Shown here one piece after another: positions 1 through 13,120 of a stretch of 64,000 bases of DNA. The stretch lies in the NCBI RefSeq assembly GCF_964355755.1, contig NW_027306095.1, positions 496,001 through 560,000 of the forward strand. The letters are read 5' to 3'. The DNA is from Antedon mediterranea. Its lineage: Eukaryota > Animalia > Echinodermata. Below the pieces are notes generated by a model. The model did not search any database. It was not told the origin of the DNA and saw only the letters and a list, made by a program, of their open reading frames with translations. The position numbers and the translations under genes are program-made. Positions within the stretch are counted from its first letter, which is position 1. Each line of letters starts with the position of its first letter.

Positions 1-425
1 ACAAAATAGCAAACTTTTTACACAAAACATCAAAGTGCACAAAAGAGCTCCAAATCGCATTGGGAGACGTTTTAGACCATTTTGTGCATTTCGAAAAAAC
101 TTTTCACTCAAAAACATCAAAGTGCATACAATAGCTTAATATCGTATTTGGAGACGTTTTAGACAATTTTGTGCATTTCGATGAAACTTTTCACACAAAA
201 ACATCAAAGTGCACAAAATAGCTTCAAATCGCATTTGCAGACGTTTTAAACCATTTTGTGCATTTCGATGAAACTTGATTACACAAAACATCAAAGTGCT
301 TAAAATCACATTTGAAACCGTTTTAGACCATTTTGAGAATTTCGATAAAACTTTACACACAAAAACATCAAAGTGCACAAAATAGCTTCAAATCGCATTT
401 AGAGACGTTTTAGACCATTTTGTGT

Positions 426-3016
426 ATTTCGATGAAACTTTTCACACAAAAACATCAAAGTGCACAAAATAGCTTCAAATCGCATTTGGAGACGTTTTAG
501 ACCATGTTGTGCATTTCGAAAAAACTTGATTACACAAAAATATCAAAGTGCTTAAAATCACATTTGAAACCGTTTTAGACAATTTTGAGCATTTCGATAA
601 AACTTTTCACACAAAACATTAAAGTGCACAAAATAGCAAACTTTTTACACAAAACATCAAAGTGCACAAAAGAGCTCCAAATCGCATTGGGAGACGTTTT
701 AGACCATTTTGTGCATTTCGAAAAAACTTTTCACTCAAAAACATCAAAGTGCATACAAGAGCTTAATATCGTATTTGGAGACGTTTTAGACAATTTTGTG
801 CATTTCGATGAAACTTTTCACACAAAAACATCAAAGTGCACAAAATAGCTTCAAATCGCATTTGCAGACGTTTTAAACCATTTTGTGCATTTCGATGAAA
901 CTTGATTACACAAAAACATCAAAGTGCTTAAAATCTCAATTGAAACCGTTTTAGACCATTTTGAGAATTTCGATAAAACTTTTCACACAAAACATTAAAG
1001 TGCACAAAATAGCTTTAAATCGCATTTGCAGACGTTTTAGACCATTTTGTGCATTTTGATGAAACTTGATTACACAAAAATATCAAAGTGCTTAAAATCA
1101 CATTTGAAACCGTTTTAGACCATTTTGAGCATTTCGATAAAACTTTTCACACAAAACATCAAAGTGCACAAAATAACTTCAAATCGCAATTGGAGACGTT
1201 TTAGACCATTTTGTGCATTTCGAAAAAACTTTTCACACAAAAACGACAAAGTGCACAAAATAGCTTCAAATCGCATTTTCAGACGTTTTAGACCATTTTG
1301 TGCATTTCGATGAAACTTTTCACACAAAAACATCAAAGTGCACAAAATTGCTTCAAATCGCATTTGGAGACGTTTTAGACCATTTTGAGCATTTCGATGA
1401 AACTTTTCACACAAAAACGACAAAGTGCACAAAATAGCTTCAAATCGCATTTAGAGACGTTTTAGACCATTTTGTGCATTTCGATGAAACTTTTCACAAA
1501 AAAACATCAAAGTGCACAAAATAGCTTCAAATCGCATTTAGAGACGTTTTAGACCATTTTGTGCATTTCGATGAAACTTTTCACACAAAAACATCAAAGT
1601 GCACAAAATAGCTTCAAATCGCATTTAGAGACGTTTTAGACCATTTTGTGCATTTCGATGAAACTTTTCACAAAAAAACATCAAAGTGCACAAAATAGCT
1701 TCAAATCGCATTTGGAGACGTTTTAGACCATTTTGAGCATTTCGATGAAACTTGATTACACAAAAATATCAAAGTGCTTAAAATCACATTTGAAACCGTT
1801 TTAGACCATTTTGAGCATTTCGATAAAACTTTTCACACAAAACATCAAAGTGCACAAAATAACTTCAAATCGCATTTGGAGACGTTTTAGACCATTTTGT
1901 GCATTTCGAATAAACTTTTCACACAAAAACATCAAAGTGCACAAAATAGCTTCAAATCGCATTTGGAGACGTTTTAGACCATGTTGTGCATTTCGAAAAA
2001 ACTTGATTACACAAAAATATCAAAGTGCTTAAAATCACATTTGAAACCGTTTTAGACAATTTTGAGCATTTCGATAAAACTTTTCACACAAAACATTAAA
2101 GTGCACAAAATAGCAAACTTTTTACACAAAACATCAAAGTGCACAAAAGAGCTCCAAATCGCATTTGGAGACGTTTTAGACCATTTTGTTCATTTCGAAA
2201 AAACTTTTCACTCAAAAACATCAAAGTGCATACAATAGCTTAATATCGTATTTGGAGACGTTTTAGACAATTTTGTGCATTTCGATGAAACTTTTCACAC
2301 AAAAACATCAAAGTGCACAAAATAGCTTCAAATCGCATTTGCAGACGTTTTAAACCATTTAGTGCATTTCGATGAAACTTGATTACACAAAAACATCAAA
2401 GTGCTTAAAATCACATTTGAAACCGTTTTAGACCATTTTGAGAATTTCGATAAAACTTTTCACACAAAACATTAAAGTGCACAAAATAGCTTTAAATCGC
2501 ATTTGCAGACGTTTTAGACCATTTTGTGCATTTCGATGAAACTTGATTACACAAAAATATCAAAGTGCTTAAAATCACATTTGAAACCGTTTTAGACCAT
2601 TTTGAGCATTTCGATAAAACTTTTCACACAAAACATCAAAGTGCACAAAATAACTTCAAATCGCAATTGGAGACGTTTTAGACCATTTTGTGCATTTCGA
2701 TGAAACTTTTCACACAAAAACGACAAAGTGCACAAAATAGCTTCAAATCGCATTTAGAGACGTTTTAGACAATTTTATACATTTCGATGAAACTGGATTA
2801 CACAAAACATCAAAGTGCACAAAATTGCTTCAAATCGCATTTGGAGACGTTTTAGACCATTTTGTGCATTTCGAAAAAACTTTTCACACAAATTCGACAA
2901 AGTGCACAAAATAGCTTCAAATTGCATTTGCAGACGTTTTAGACCATTTTGTGCATTTCGATGAAACTTTTCACACAAAAACATCAAAGTGCACAAAATT
3001 GCTTCAAATCGCATTT
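426..3016 (-). repeat. ~2.6-kb block duplicated at 7564-10154 (offset 7138)
   Basis: ORF pairs 585/7723, 1115/8253, 1811/8949 and 2775/9913 all differ by 7138. Shared rare variants include catacaagag, aatctca, cgaataaac and ttgttcatt. Confidence 0.9.
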
Positions 3017-4443
3017 AGAGACGTTTTAGACAATTTTGTGCCTTTCGATGAAACTTTTCACAAAAAAACATCAAAGTGCACAAAATAGCTTCAAATCGCA
3101 TTTGCAGACGTTTTAGACCATTTTGTGCATTTCGATGAAACTTTTCACACAAAAACATCAAAGTGCACAAAATTGCTTCAAATCGCATTTGGAGACGTTT
3201 TAGACCATTTTGAGCATTTCGATGAAACTTTTCACACAAAAACGACAAAGTGCACAAAATAGCTTCAAATCGCATTTAGAGACGTTTTAGACCATTTTGT
3301 GCATTTCGATGAAACTTTTCACACAAAAACATCAAAGTGCACAAAATAGCTTCAAATCGCATTTAGAGACGTTTTAGACCATTTTGTGCATTTCGATGAA
3401 ACTTTTCACACAAAAACATCAAAGTGCACAAAATAGCTTCAAATCGCATTTGGAGACGTTTTAGACCATGTTGTGCATTTCGAAAAAACTTGATTACACA
3501 AAAATATCAAAGTGCTTAAAATCACATTTGAAACCGTTTTAGACAATTTTGAGCATTTCGATAAAACTTTTCACACAAAACATTAAAAGTGCACAAAATA
3601 GCAAACTTTTCACACAAAAACATCAAAGTGCACAAAATAGCTTCAAATCGCATTTGGAGACGTTTTAGACCATGTTGTGCATTTCGAAAAAACTTGATTA
3701 CACAAAAATATCAAAGTGCTTAAAATCACATTTGAAACCGTTTTAGACAATTTTGAGCATTTCGATAAAACTTTTCACACAAAACATCAAAGTGCACAAA
3801 ATAACTTCAAATCGCAATTGGAGACGTTTTAGACCATTTTGTGCATTTCGATGAAACTTTTCACACAAAAACGACAAAGTGCACAAAATAGCTTCAAATC
3901 GCATTTAGAGACGTTTTAGACAATTTTATACATTTCGATGAAACTGGATTACACAAAACATCAAAGTGCACAAAATTGCTTCAAATCGCATTTGGAGACG
4001 TTTTAGACCATTTTGTGCATTTCGAAAAAACTTTTCACACAAATTCGACAAAGTGCACAAAATAGCTTCAAATTGCATTTGCAGACGTTTTAGACCATTT
4101 TGTGCATTTCGATGAAACTTTTCACACAAAAACATCAAAGTGCACAAAATTGCTTCAAATCGCATTTAGAGACGTTTTAGACAATTTTGTGCCTTTCGAT
4201 GAAACTTTTCACAAAAAAACATCAAAGTGCACAAAATAGCTTCAAATCGCATTTGCAGACGTTTTAGACCATTTTGTGCATTTCGATGAAACTTTTCACA
4301 CAAAAACATCAAAGTGCACAAAATTGCTTCAAATCGCATTTGGAGACGTTTTAGACCATTTTGAGCATTTCGATGAAACTTTTCACACAAAAACGACAAA
4401 GTGCACAAAATAGCTTCAAATCGCATTTAGAGACGTTTTAGAC
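2599..4443 (-). repeat. ~694-bp block (2599-3292) repeated at 3750-4443 (offset 1151)
   Basis: ORFs 2775/3926 and 3015/4166 differ by 1151. Shared variants attttatacattt and aaattcgacaaag. Confidence 0.88.
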
Positions 4444-7400
4444 AATTTTGTGCCTTTCGATGAAACTTTTCACAAAAAAACATCAAAGTGCACAAAATAG
4501 CTTCAAATCGTATTTGGAGACGTTTTAGACAATTTTGTGCATTTCGATGAAACTTTTCACAAAAAAACATCAAAGTGCACAAAATAGCTTCAAATCGCAT
4601 TTGCAGACGTTTTAAACCATTTTGTGCATTTTGATGAAACTTGATTACACAAAAACATCAAAGTGCTTAAAATCACATTTGAAACCGTTTTAGACCATTT
4701 TGAGAATTTGGATAAAACTTTTCACACAAAACATTAAAGTGCACAAAATAGCTTTAAATCGCATTTGCAGACGTTTTATACCATTTTGTGCATTTCGATG
4801 AAACTTGATTACACAAAAATATCAAAGTGCTTAAAATCACATTTGAAACCGTTTTAGACAATTTTGAGCATTTCAATAAAACTTTTCACACAAAACATCA
4901 AAGTGCACAAAATAACTTCAAATCGCAATTGGAGACGTTTTAGACCATTTTGTGCATTTCGAAAAAACTTTTCACACAAAAACGACAAAGTGCACAAAAT
5001 AGCTTCAAATCGCATTTAGAGACGTTTTAGACAATTTTGTACATTTCGATGAAACTGGATTACACAAAACATCAAAGTGCACAAAATTGCTTCAAATCGC
5101 ATTTGGAGACGTTTTAGACCATTTTGTGCATTTCGAAAAAACTTTTCACACAAAAACGACAAAGTGCACAAAATAGCTTCAAATCGCATTTAGAGACGTT
5201 TTAGACAATTTTGTGCATTTCGATGAAACTTTTCACACAAAAACATCAAAGTGCACAAAATAGCTTCAAATCGCATTTTGAGAGGTTTTAGACAATTTTG
5301 TACATTTCGATGAAACTGGATTACACAAAACATCAAAGTGCACAAAATAGCTTCAAATCCCATTTGCAGACGTTTTAAACCATTTTGTGCATTTCGATGA
5401 AACTTGATTACACAAAAACATCAAAGTGCTTAAAATCACATTTGAAACCGTTTTAGACCATTTTGAGAATTTCGATAAAACTTTTCACACATAACATTAA
5501 AGTGCACAAAATAGCTTTAAATCGCATTTGCAGACGTTTTAGACCATTTTGTGCATTTCGATGAAACTTGATTACACAAAAATATCAAAGTGCTTAAAAT
5601 CACATTTGAAACCGTTTTAGACCATTTTGAGCATTTCGATAAAACTTTTCACACAAAACATCAAAGTGCACAAAATAACTTCAAATCGCAATTGAAACCG
5701 TTTTAGACCATTTTGTGCATTTCGATGAAACTTTTCACACAAAAACATCAAAGTGCACAAAATAGCTTCAAATCGCATTTGTAGACGTTTTAGACCATTT
5801 TGAGCATTTCGATGAAACTTTTCACATAAAAACGACAAAGTGCACAAAATAGCTTCAAATCGCATTTAGAGACGTTTTAGACAATTTTGTACATTTCGAT
5901 GAAACTGGATTACAAAAAACATCAAAGTGCACAAAATAGCTTCAAATCGCATTTGCAGACGTTTTAAACCATTTTGTGCATTTCGATGAAACTTGATTAC
6001 ACAAAAACATCAAGGTGCTTAAAATCACATTTGAAACCGTTTTAGACCATTTTGAGCATTTCGATAAAACTTTTCACACAAAACATTAAAGTGCACAAAA
6101 TAGCTTCAAATCGCATTTGGAGACGTTTTAGACCATTTTGAGCATTTCGATGAAACTTTTCACACAAAAACGACAAAGTGCACAAAATAGCTTCAAATCG
6201 CATTTAGAGACGTTTTAGACAATTTTTTACATTTCGATGAAACTGGATTACACAAAACATCAAAGTGCACAAAATAGCTTCAAATCGCATTTGCAGACGT
6301 TTTAAACCATTTTGAGCATTTCGATGAAACTTTTCACACAAAAACGACAAAGTGCACAAAATAGCTTTAAATCGCATTTAGAGACGTTTTAGACCATTTT
6401 GTGCATTTCGATGAAACTTTTCACACAAAAACATCAAAGTGCACAAAATAGCTTCAAATCGCATTTGGAGACGTTTTAGACCATGTTGTGCATTTCGAAA
6501 AAACTTGATTACACAAAAATATCAAAGTGCTTAAAATCACATTTGAAACCGTTTTAGACAATTTTGAGCATTTCGATAAAACTTTTCACACAAAACATTA
6601 AAGTGCACAAAATAGCAAACTTTTTACACAAAACATCAAAGTGCACAAAAGAGCTCCAAATCGCATTGGGAGACGTTTTAGAACATTTTGTGCATTTCAA
6701 TGAAACTTTTCACACAAAAACATCAAAGTGCACAAAATTGCTTCAAATCGCATTTGGAGACGTTTTAGACCATTTTGAGCAATTCGATGAAACTTTTCAC
6801 ACAAAAACGACAAAGTGCACAAAATAGCTTCAAATCGCATTTAGAGACGTTTTAGACAATTTTGTGCCTTTCGATGAAACTTTTCACAAAAAAACATCAA
6901 AGTGCACAAAATAGCTTCAAATCGCATTTGCAGACGTTTTAGACCATTTTGTGCATTTCGATGAAACTTTTCACACAAAAACATCAAAGTGCACAAAATT
7001 GCTTCAAATCGCATTTAGAGACGTTTTAGACCATTTTGTGCATTTCGATGAAACTTTTCACACAAAAACATCAAAGTGCACAAAATAGCTTCAAATCGCA
7101 TTTGCAGACGTTTTAGACCATTTTGTGCATTTCGATGAAACTTTTCACACAAAAACGACAAAGTGCACAAAATATCTTCAAATCGCATTTGGAGACGTTT
7201 TAGACCATTTTGAGCATTTCGATGAAACTTTTCACACAAAAACGACAAAGTGCACAAAATTGCTTCAAATCGCATTTAGAGACGTTTTAGACCATTTTGT
7301 GCATTTCGAAAAAACTTTTCACACAAATTCGACAAAGTGCACAAAATAGCTTCAAATTGCATTTGCAGACGTTTTAGACCATTTTGTGCATTTCGATGAA

Positions 7401-7563
7401 ACTTTTCACACAAAAACATCAAAGTGCACAAAATTGCTTCAAATCGCATTTGGAGACGTTTTAGACCATTTTGAGCATTTCGATGAAACTTTTCACACAA
7501 AAACGACAAAGTGCACAAAATAGCTTTAAATCGCATTTAGAGACGTTTTAGACCATTTTGTGC

Positions 7564-10154
7564 ATTTCGATGAAACTTTTCACACAAAAACATCAAAGTG
7601 CACAAAATAGCTTCAAATCGCATTTGGAGACGTTTTAGACCATGTTGTGCATTTCGAAAAAACTTGATTACACAAAAATATCAAAGTGCTTAAAATCACA
7701 TTTGAAACCGTTTTAGACAATTTTGAGCATTTCGATAAAACTTTTCACACAAAACATTAAAGTGCACAAAATAGCAAACTTTTTACACAAAACATCAAAG
7801 TGCACAAAAGAGCTCCAAATCGCATTGGGAGACGTTTTAGACCATTTTGTGCATTTCGAAAAAACTTTTCACTCAAAAACATCAAAGTGCATACAAGAGC
7901 TTAATATCGTATTTGGAGACGTTTTAGACAATTTTGTGCATTTCGATGAAACTTTTCACACAAAAACATCAAAGTGCACAAAATAGCTTCAAATCGCATT
8001 TGCAGACGTTTTAAACCATTTTGTGCATTTCGATGAAACTTGATTACACAAAAACATCAAAGTGCTTAAAATCTCATTTGAAACCGTTTTAGACCATTTT
8101 GAGAATTTCGATAAAACTTTTCACACAAAACATTAAAGTGCACAAAATAGCTTTAAATCGCATTTGCAGACGTTTTAGACCATTTTGTGCATTTTGATGA
8201 AACTTGATTACACAAAAATATCAAAGTGCTTAAAATCACATTTGAAACCGTTTTAGACCATTTTGAGCATTTCGATAAAACTTTTCACACAAAACATCAA
8301 AGTGCACAAAATAACTTCAAATCGCAATTGGAGACGTTTTAGACCATTTTGTGCATTTCGAAAAAACTTTTCACACAAAAACGACAAAGTGCACAAAATA
8401 GCTTCAAATCGCATTTTCAGACGTTTTAGACCATTTTGTGCATTTCGATGAAACTTTTCACACAAAAACATCAAAGTGCACAAAATTGCTTCAAATCGCA
8501 TTTGGAGACTTTTTAGACCATTTTGAGCATTTCGATGAAACTTTTCACACAAAAACGACAAAGTGCACAAAATAGCTTCAAATCGCATTTAGAGACGTTT
8601 TAGACCATTTTGTGCATTTCGATGAAACTTTTCACAAAAAAACATCAAAGTGCACAAAATAGCTTCAAATCGCATTTAGAGACGTTTTAGACCATTTTGT
8701 GCATTTCGATGAAACTTTTCACACAAAAACATCAAAGTGCACAAAATAGCTTCAAATCGCATTTAGAGACGTTTTAGACCATTTTGTGCATTTCGATGAA
8801 ACTTTTCACAAAAAAACATCAAAGTGCACAAAATAGCTTCAAATCGCATTTGGAGACGTTTTAGACCATTTTGAGCATTTCGATGAAACTTGATTACACA
8901 AAAATATCAAAGTGCTTAAAATCACATTTGAAACCGTTTTAGACCATTTTGAGCATTTCGATAAAACTTTTCACACAAAACATCAAAGTGCACAAAATAA
9001 CTTCAAATCGCATTTGGAGACGTTTTAGACCATTTTGTGCATTTCGAATAAACTTTTCACACAAAAACATCAAAGTGCACAAAATAGCTTCAAATCGCAT
9101 TTGGAGACGTTTTAGACCATGTTGTGCATTTCGAAAAAACTTGATTACACAAAAATATCAAAGTGCTTAAAATCACATTTGAAACCGTTTTAGACAATTT
9201 TGAGCATTTCGATAAAACTTTTCACACAAAACATTAAAGTGCACAAAATAGCAAACTTTTTACACAAAACATCAAAGTGCACAAAAGAGCTCCAAATCGC
9301 ATTTGGAGACGTTTTAGACCATTTTGTTCATTTCGAAAAAACTTTTCACTCAAAAACATCAAAGTGCATACAATAGCTTAATATCGTATTTGGAGACGTT
9401 TTAGACAATTTTGTGCATTTCGATGAAACTTTTCACACAAAAACATCAAAGTGCACAAAATAGCTTCAAATCGCATTTGCAGACGTTTTAAACCATTTAG
9501 TGCATTTCGATGAAACTTGATTACACAAAAACATCAAAGTGCTTAAAATCACATTTGAAACCGTTTTAGACCATTTTGAGAATTTCGATAAAACTTTTCA
9601 CACAAAACATTAAAGTGCACAAAATAGCTTTAAATCGCATTTGCAGACGTTTTAGACCATTTTGTGCATTTCGATGAAACTTGATTACACAAAAATATCA
9701 AAGTGCTTAAAATCACATTTGAAACCGTTTTAGACCATTTTGAGCATTTCGATAAAACTTTTCACACAAAACATCAAAGTGCACAAAATAACTTCAAATC
9801 GCAATTGGAGACGTTTTAGACCATTTTGTGCATTTCGATGAAACTTTTCACACAAAAACGACAAAGTGCACAAAATAGCTTCAAATCGCATTTAGAGACG
9901 TTTTAGACAAGTTTATACATTTCGATGAAACTGGATTACACAAAACATCAAAGTGCACAAAATTGCTTCAAATCGCATTTGGAGACGTTTTAGACCATTT
10001 TGTGCATTTCGAAAAAACTTTTCACACAAATTCGACAAAGTGCACAAAATAGCTTCAAATTGCATTTGCAGACGTTTTAGACCATTTTGTGCATTTCGAT
10101 GAAACTTTTCACACAAAAACATCAAAGTGCACAAAATTGCTTCAAATCGCATTT
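7564..10154 (-). repeat. Second copy of the ~2.6-kb block 426-3016; homology continues at offset 7225 after one extra 87-bp monomer
   Basis: Same ORF offsets as above. ORF 3015..3275 recurs at 10240..10500 (7138+87). Confidence 0.88.
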
Positions 10155-12440
10155 GGAGACGTTTTAGACCATTTTGAGCATTTCGATGAAACTTTTCACA
10201 CAAAAACGACAAAGTTCACAAAATAGCTTCAAATCGCATTTAGAGACGTTTTAGACAATTTTGTGCCTTTCGATGAAACTTTTCACAAAAAAACATCAAA
10301 GTGCACAAAATAGCTTCAAATCGCATTTGCAGACGTTTTAGACCATTTTGTGCATTTCGATGAAACTTTTCACACAAAAACATCAAAGTGCACAAAATTG
10401 CTTCAAATCGCATTTGGAGACGTTTTAGACCATTTTGAGCATTTCGATGAAACTTTTCACACAAAAACGACAAAGTGCACAAAATAGCTTCAAATCGCAT
10501 TTAGAGACGTTTTAGACCATTTTGTGCATTTCGATGAAACTTTTCACAAAAAAACATCAAAGTGCACAAAATAGCTTCAAATCGCATTTAGAGACGTTTT
10601 AGACCATTTTGTGCATTTCGATGAAACTTTTCACACAAAAACATCAAAGTGCACAAAATAGCTTCAAATCGCATTTAGAGACGTTTTAGACCATTTTGTG
10701 CATTTCGATGAAACTTTTCACACAAAAACATCAAAGTGCACAAAATAGCTTCAAATCGCATTTGGAGACGTTTTAGACCATGTTGTGCATTTCGAAAAAA
10801 CTTGATTACACAAAAACATCAAAGTGCTTAAAATCACATTTGAAACCGTTTTAGACCATTTTGAGAATTTCGATAAAACTTTTACACAAAACATTAAAGT
10901 GCACAAAATAGCTTTAAATCGCATTTGCAGACGTTTTAGACCATTTTGTGCATTTCGATGAAACTGGATTACACAAAACATCAAAGTGCACAAAATTGCT
11001 TCAAATCGCATTTGGAGACGTTTTAGACCATTTTGTGCATTTCGAAAAAACTTTTCACACAAAAACGACAAAGTGCACAAAATAGCTTCAAATCACATTT
11101 GAAACCGTTTTAGACCATTTTGAGAATTTCGATAAAACTTTTACACAAAACATTAAAGTGCACAAAATAGCTTTAAATCGCATTTGCAGACGTTTTAGAC
11201 CATTTTGTGCATTTCGATGAAACTTGATTACACAAAAATATCAAAGTGCTTAAAATCACATTTGAAACCGTTTTAGACCATTTTGAGCATTTCGATAAAA
11301 CTTTTCACACAAAACATCAAAGTGCACAAAATAACTTCAAATCGCAATTGGAGACGTTTTAGACCATTTTGTGCATTTCGATGAAACTTTTCACACAAAA
11401 ACGACAAAGTGCACAAAATAGCTTCAAATCGCATTTAGAGACGTTTTAGACAATTTTGTACATTTCGATGAAACTGGATTACACAAAACATCAAAGTGCA
11501 CAAAATTGCTTCAAATCGCATTTGGAGACGTTTTAGACCATTTTGTGCATTTCGAAAAAACTTTTCACACAAAAACGACAAAGTGCACAAAATAGCTTCA
11601 AATCGCATTTGAAGACGTTTTAGACCATTTTGTGCATTTCGATGAAACTTTTCACACAAAAACATCAAAGTGCACAAAATTGCTTCAAATCGCATTTGGA
11701 GACGTTTTAGACAATTTTGTGCCTTTCGATGAAACTTTTCACACAAAAACGACAAAGTGCACAAAATAGCTTCAAATCGCATTTGCAGACGTTTTAGACC
11801 ATTTTGTGCATTTCGATGAAACTTTTCACACAAAAACATCAAAGTGCACAAAATTGCTTCAAATCGCATTTGGAGACGTTTTAGACCATTTTTAGCATTT
11901 CGATGAAACTTTTCACACAAAAACGACAAAGTCCACAAAATAGCTTCAAATCGCATTTAGAGACGTTTTAGACCATTTTGTGCATTTCGATGAAACTTTT
12001 CACAAAAAAACATCAAAGTGCACAAAATAGCTTCAAATCGCATTTAGAGACGTTTTAGACCAATTTGTGCATTTCGATGAAACTTTTCACACAAAAACAT
12101 CAAAGTGCACAAAATAGCTTCAAATCGCATTTAGAGACGTTTTAGACCATTTTGTGCATTTCGATGAAACTTTTCAGAAAAAAACATCAAAGTGCACAAA
12201 ATAGCTTCAAATCGCATTTGGAGACGTTTTAGACCATTTTGAGCATTTCGATGAACCTTTTCACACAAAAACGACAAAGTGCACAAAATAGCTTCAAATC
12301 GCATTTAGAGACGTTTTAGACCATTTTGTGCATTTCGATGAAACTTTTCACACAAAAACATCAAAGTGCACAAAATAGCTTCAAATCGCATTTAGAGACG
12401 TTTTAGACCATTTTGTGCATTTCGATGAAACTTTTCACAC

Positions 12441-12463
12441 AAAACATTAAACTTTGATGTTTT
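12441..12463. other. Orientation-switch (inversion) junction of the satellite array, centred on C12452
   Basis: Sequence aaaacattaaa-c-tttgatgtttt. The left part is a reverse monomer ending just before gtgcac; the right part is a forward monomer starting at the end of gtgcac. Confidence 0.95.
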
Positions 12464-13120
12464 TTTGTGAAAAGTTTCAACAAAATGCACAAAATGGTCT
12501 AAAACGTCTCTAAATGCGATTTGAAGCTATTTTGTGCACTTTGATGTTTTTTTGTGAAAAGTTTCATCGAAATGCACAAAATGGTCTAAAACGTCTCTAA
12601 ATGCGATTTGAAGCTATTTTGTGCACTTTGTCGTTTTTGTGTGAAAAGTTTCATCGAAATGCTCAAAATGGTCTAAAACGTCTCCAAATGCGATTTGAAG
12701 CAATTTTGTGCAATTTGATGTTTTTGTGTGAAAAGTTTCATCGAAATGCACAAAATGGTCTAAAACGTCTCCAAATGCGATTTGAAGCTATTTTGTGCAC
12801 TTTGATGTTTTTTTGTGAAAAGTTTCATCGAAATGCACAAAATTGTCTAAAACGTCTCTAAATCCGATTTGAAGCTATTTTGTGCACTTTGTCGTTTTTG
12901 TGTGAAAAGTTTCATCGAAATGCTCAAAATGGTCTAAAACGTCTCCAAATGCGATTTGAAGCAATTTTGTGCACTTTGATGTTTTTGTGTGAAAAGTTTC
13001 ATCGAAATGCACAAAATGGTCTAAAACGTCTGCAAAAGCGATTTGAAGCTATTTTGTGCACTTTGTCGTTTTTGTGTGAAAAGTTTTTTCGAAATGCACA
13101 AAATGGTCTAAAACGTCTCC

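Larger units (their letters stand above)
1..12451 (-). repeat. 87-bp satellite array, reverse orientation domain (runs off the left edge of the window)
   Basis: Continuous copies of the reverse complement of the consensus (aaacatcaaagtgcacaaaatagcttcaaatcgcatttagagacgttttagaccattttgtgcatttcgatgaaacttttcacac). The repetitive MRFEAIL ORFs are all on the minus strand here. Confidence 0.98.

Noticed and set aside
426-10154. A 7138-bp tandem HOR in the left domain
   Set aside because: Only ~2.6-2.9 kb matches at this offset. The intervening ~3300-7560 is not repeated downstream, so it is a block duplication rather than a full period.
11200-12300. Left flank of the junction as the specific inverted counterpart of 62800-64000
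   Set aside because: The monomer order is similar (both have 173-aa ORFs), but a similar order also occurs at ~16200-17000, ~37100-37900 and ~50050-50850, and I found no uniquely shared variants.
12300-12600. Inversion as a fold-back read or assembly artefact
   Set aside because: An artefact should give identical mirror arms, but the flanking monomers carry different variants from the first unit outward (taatg vs tgatg, gtgtg vs ttgtg, ttctg vs gcaatttg). Read confirmation is still needed.
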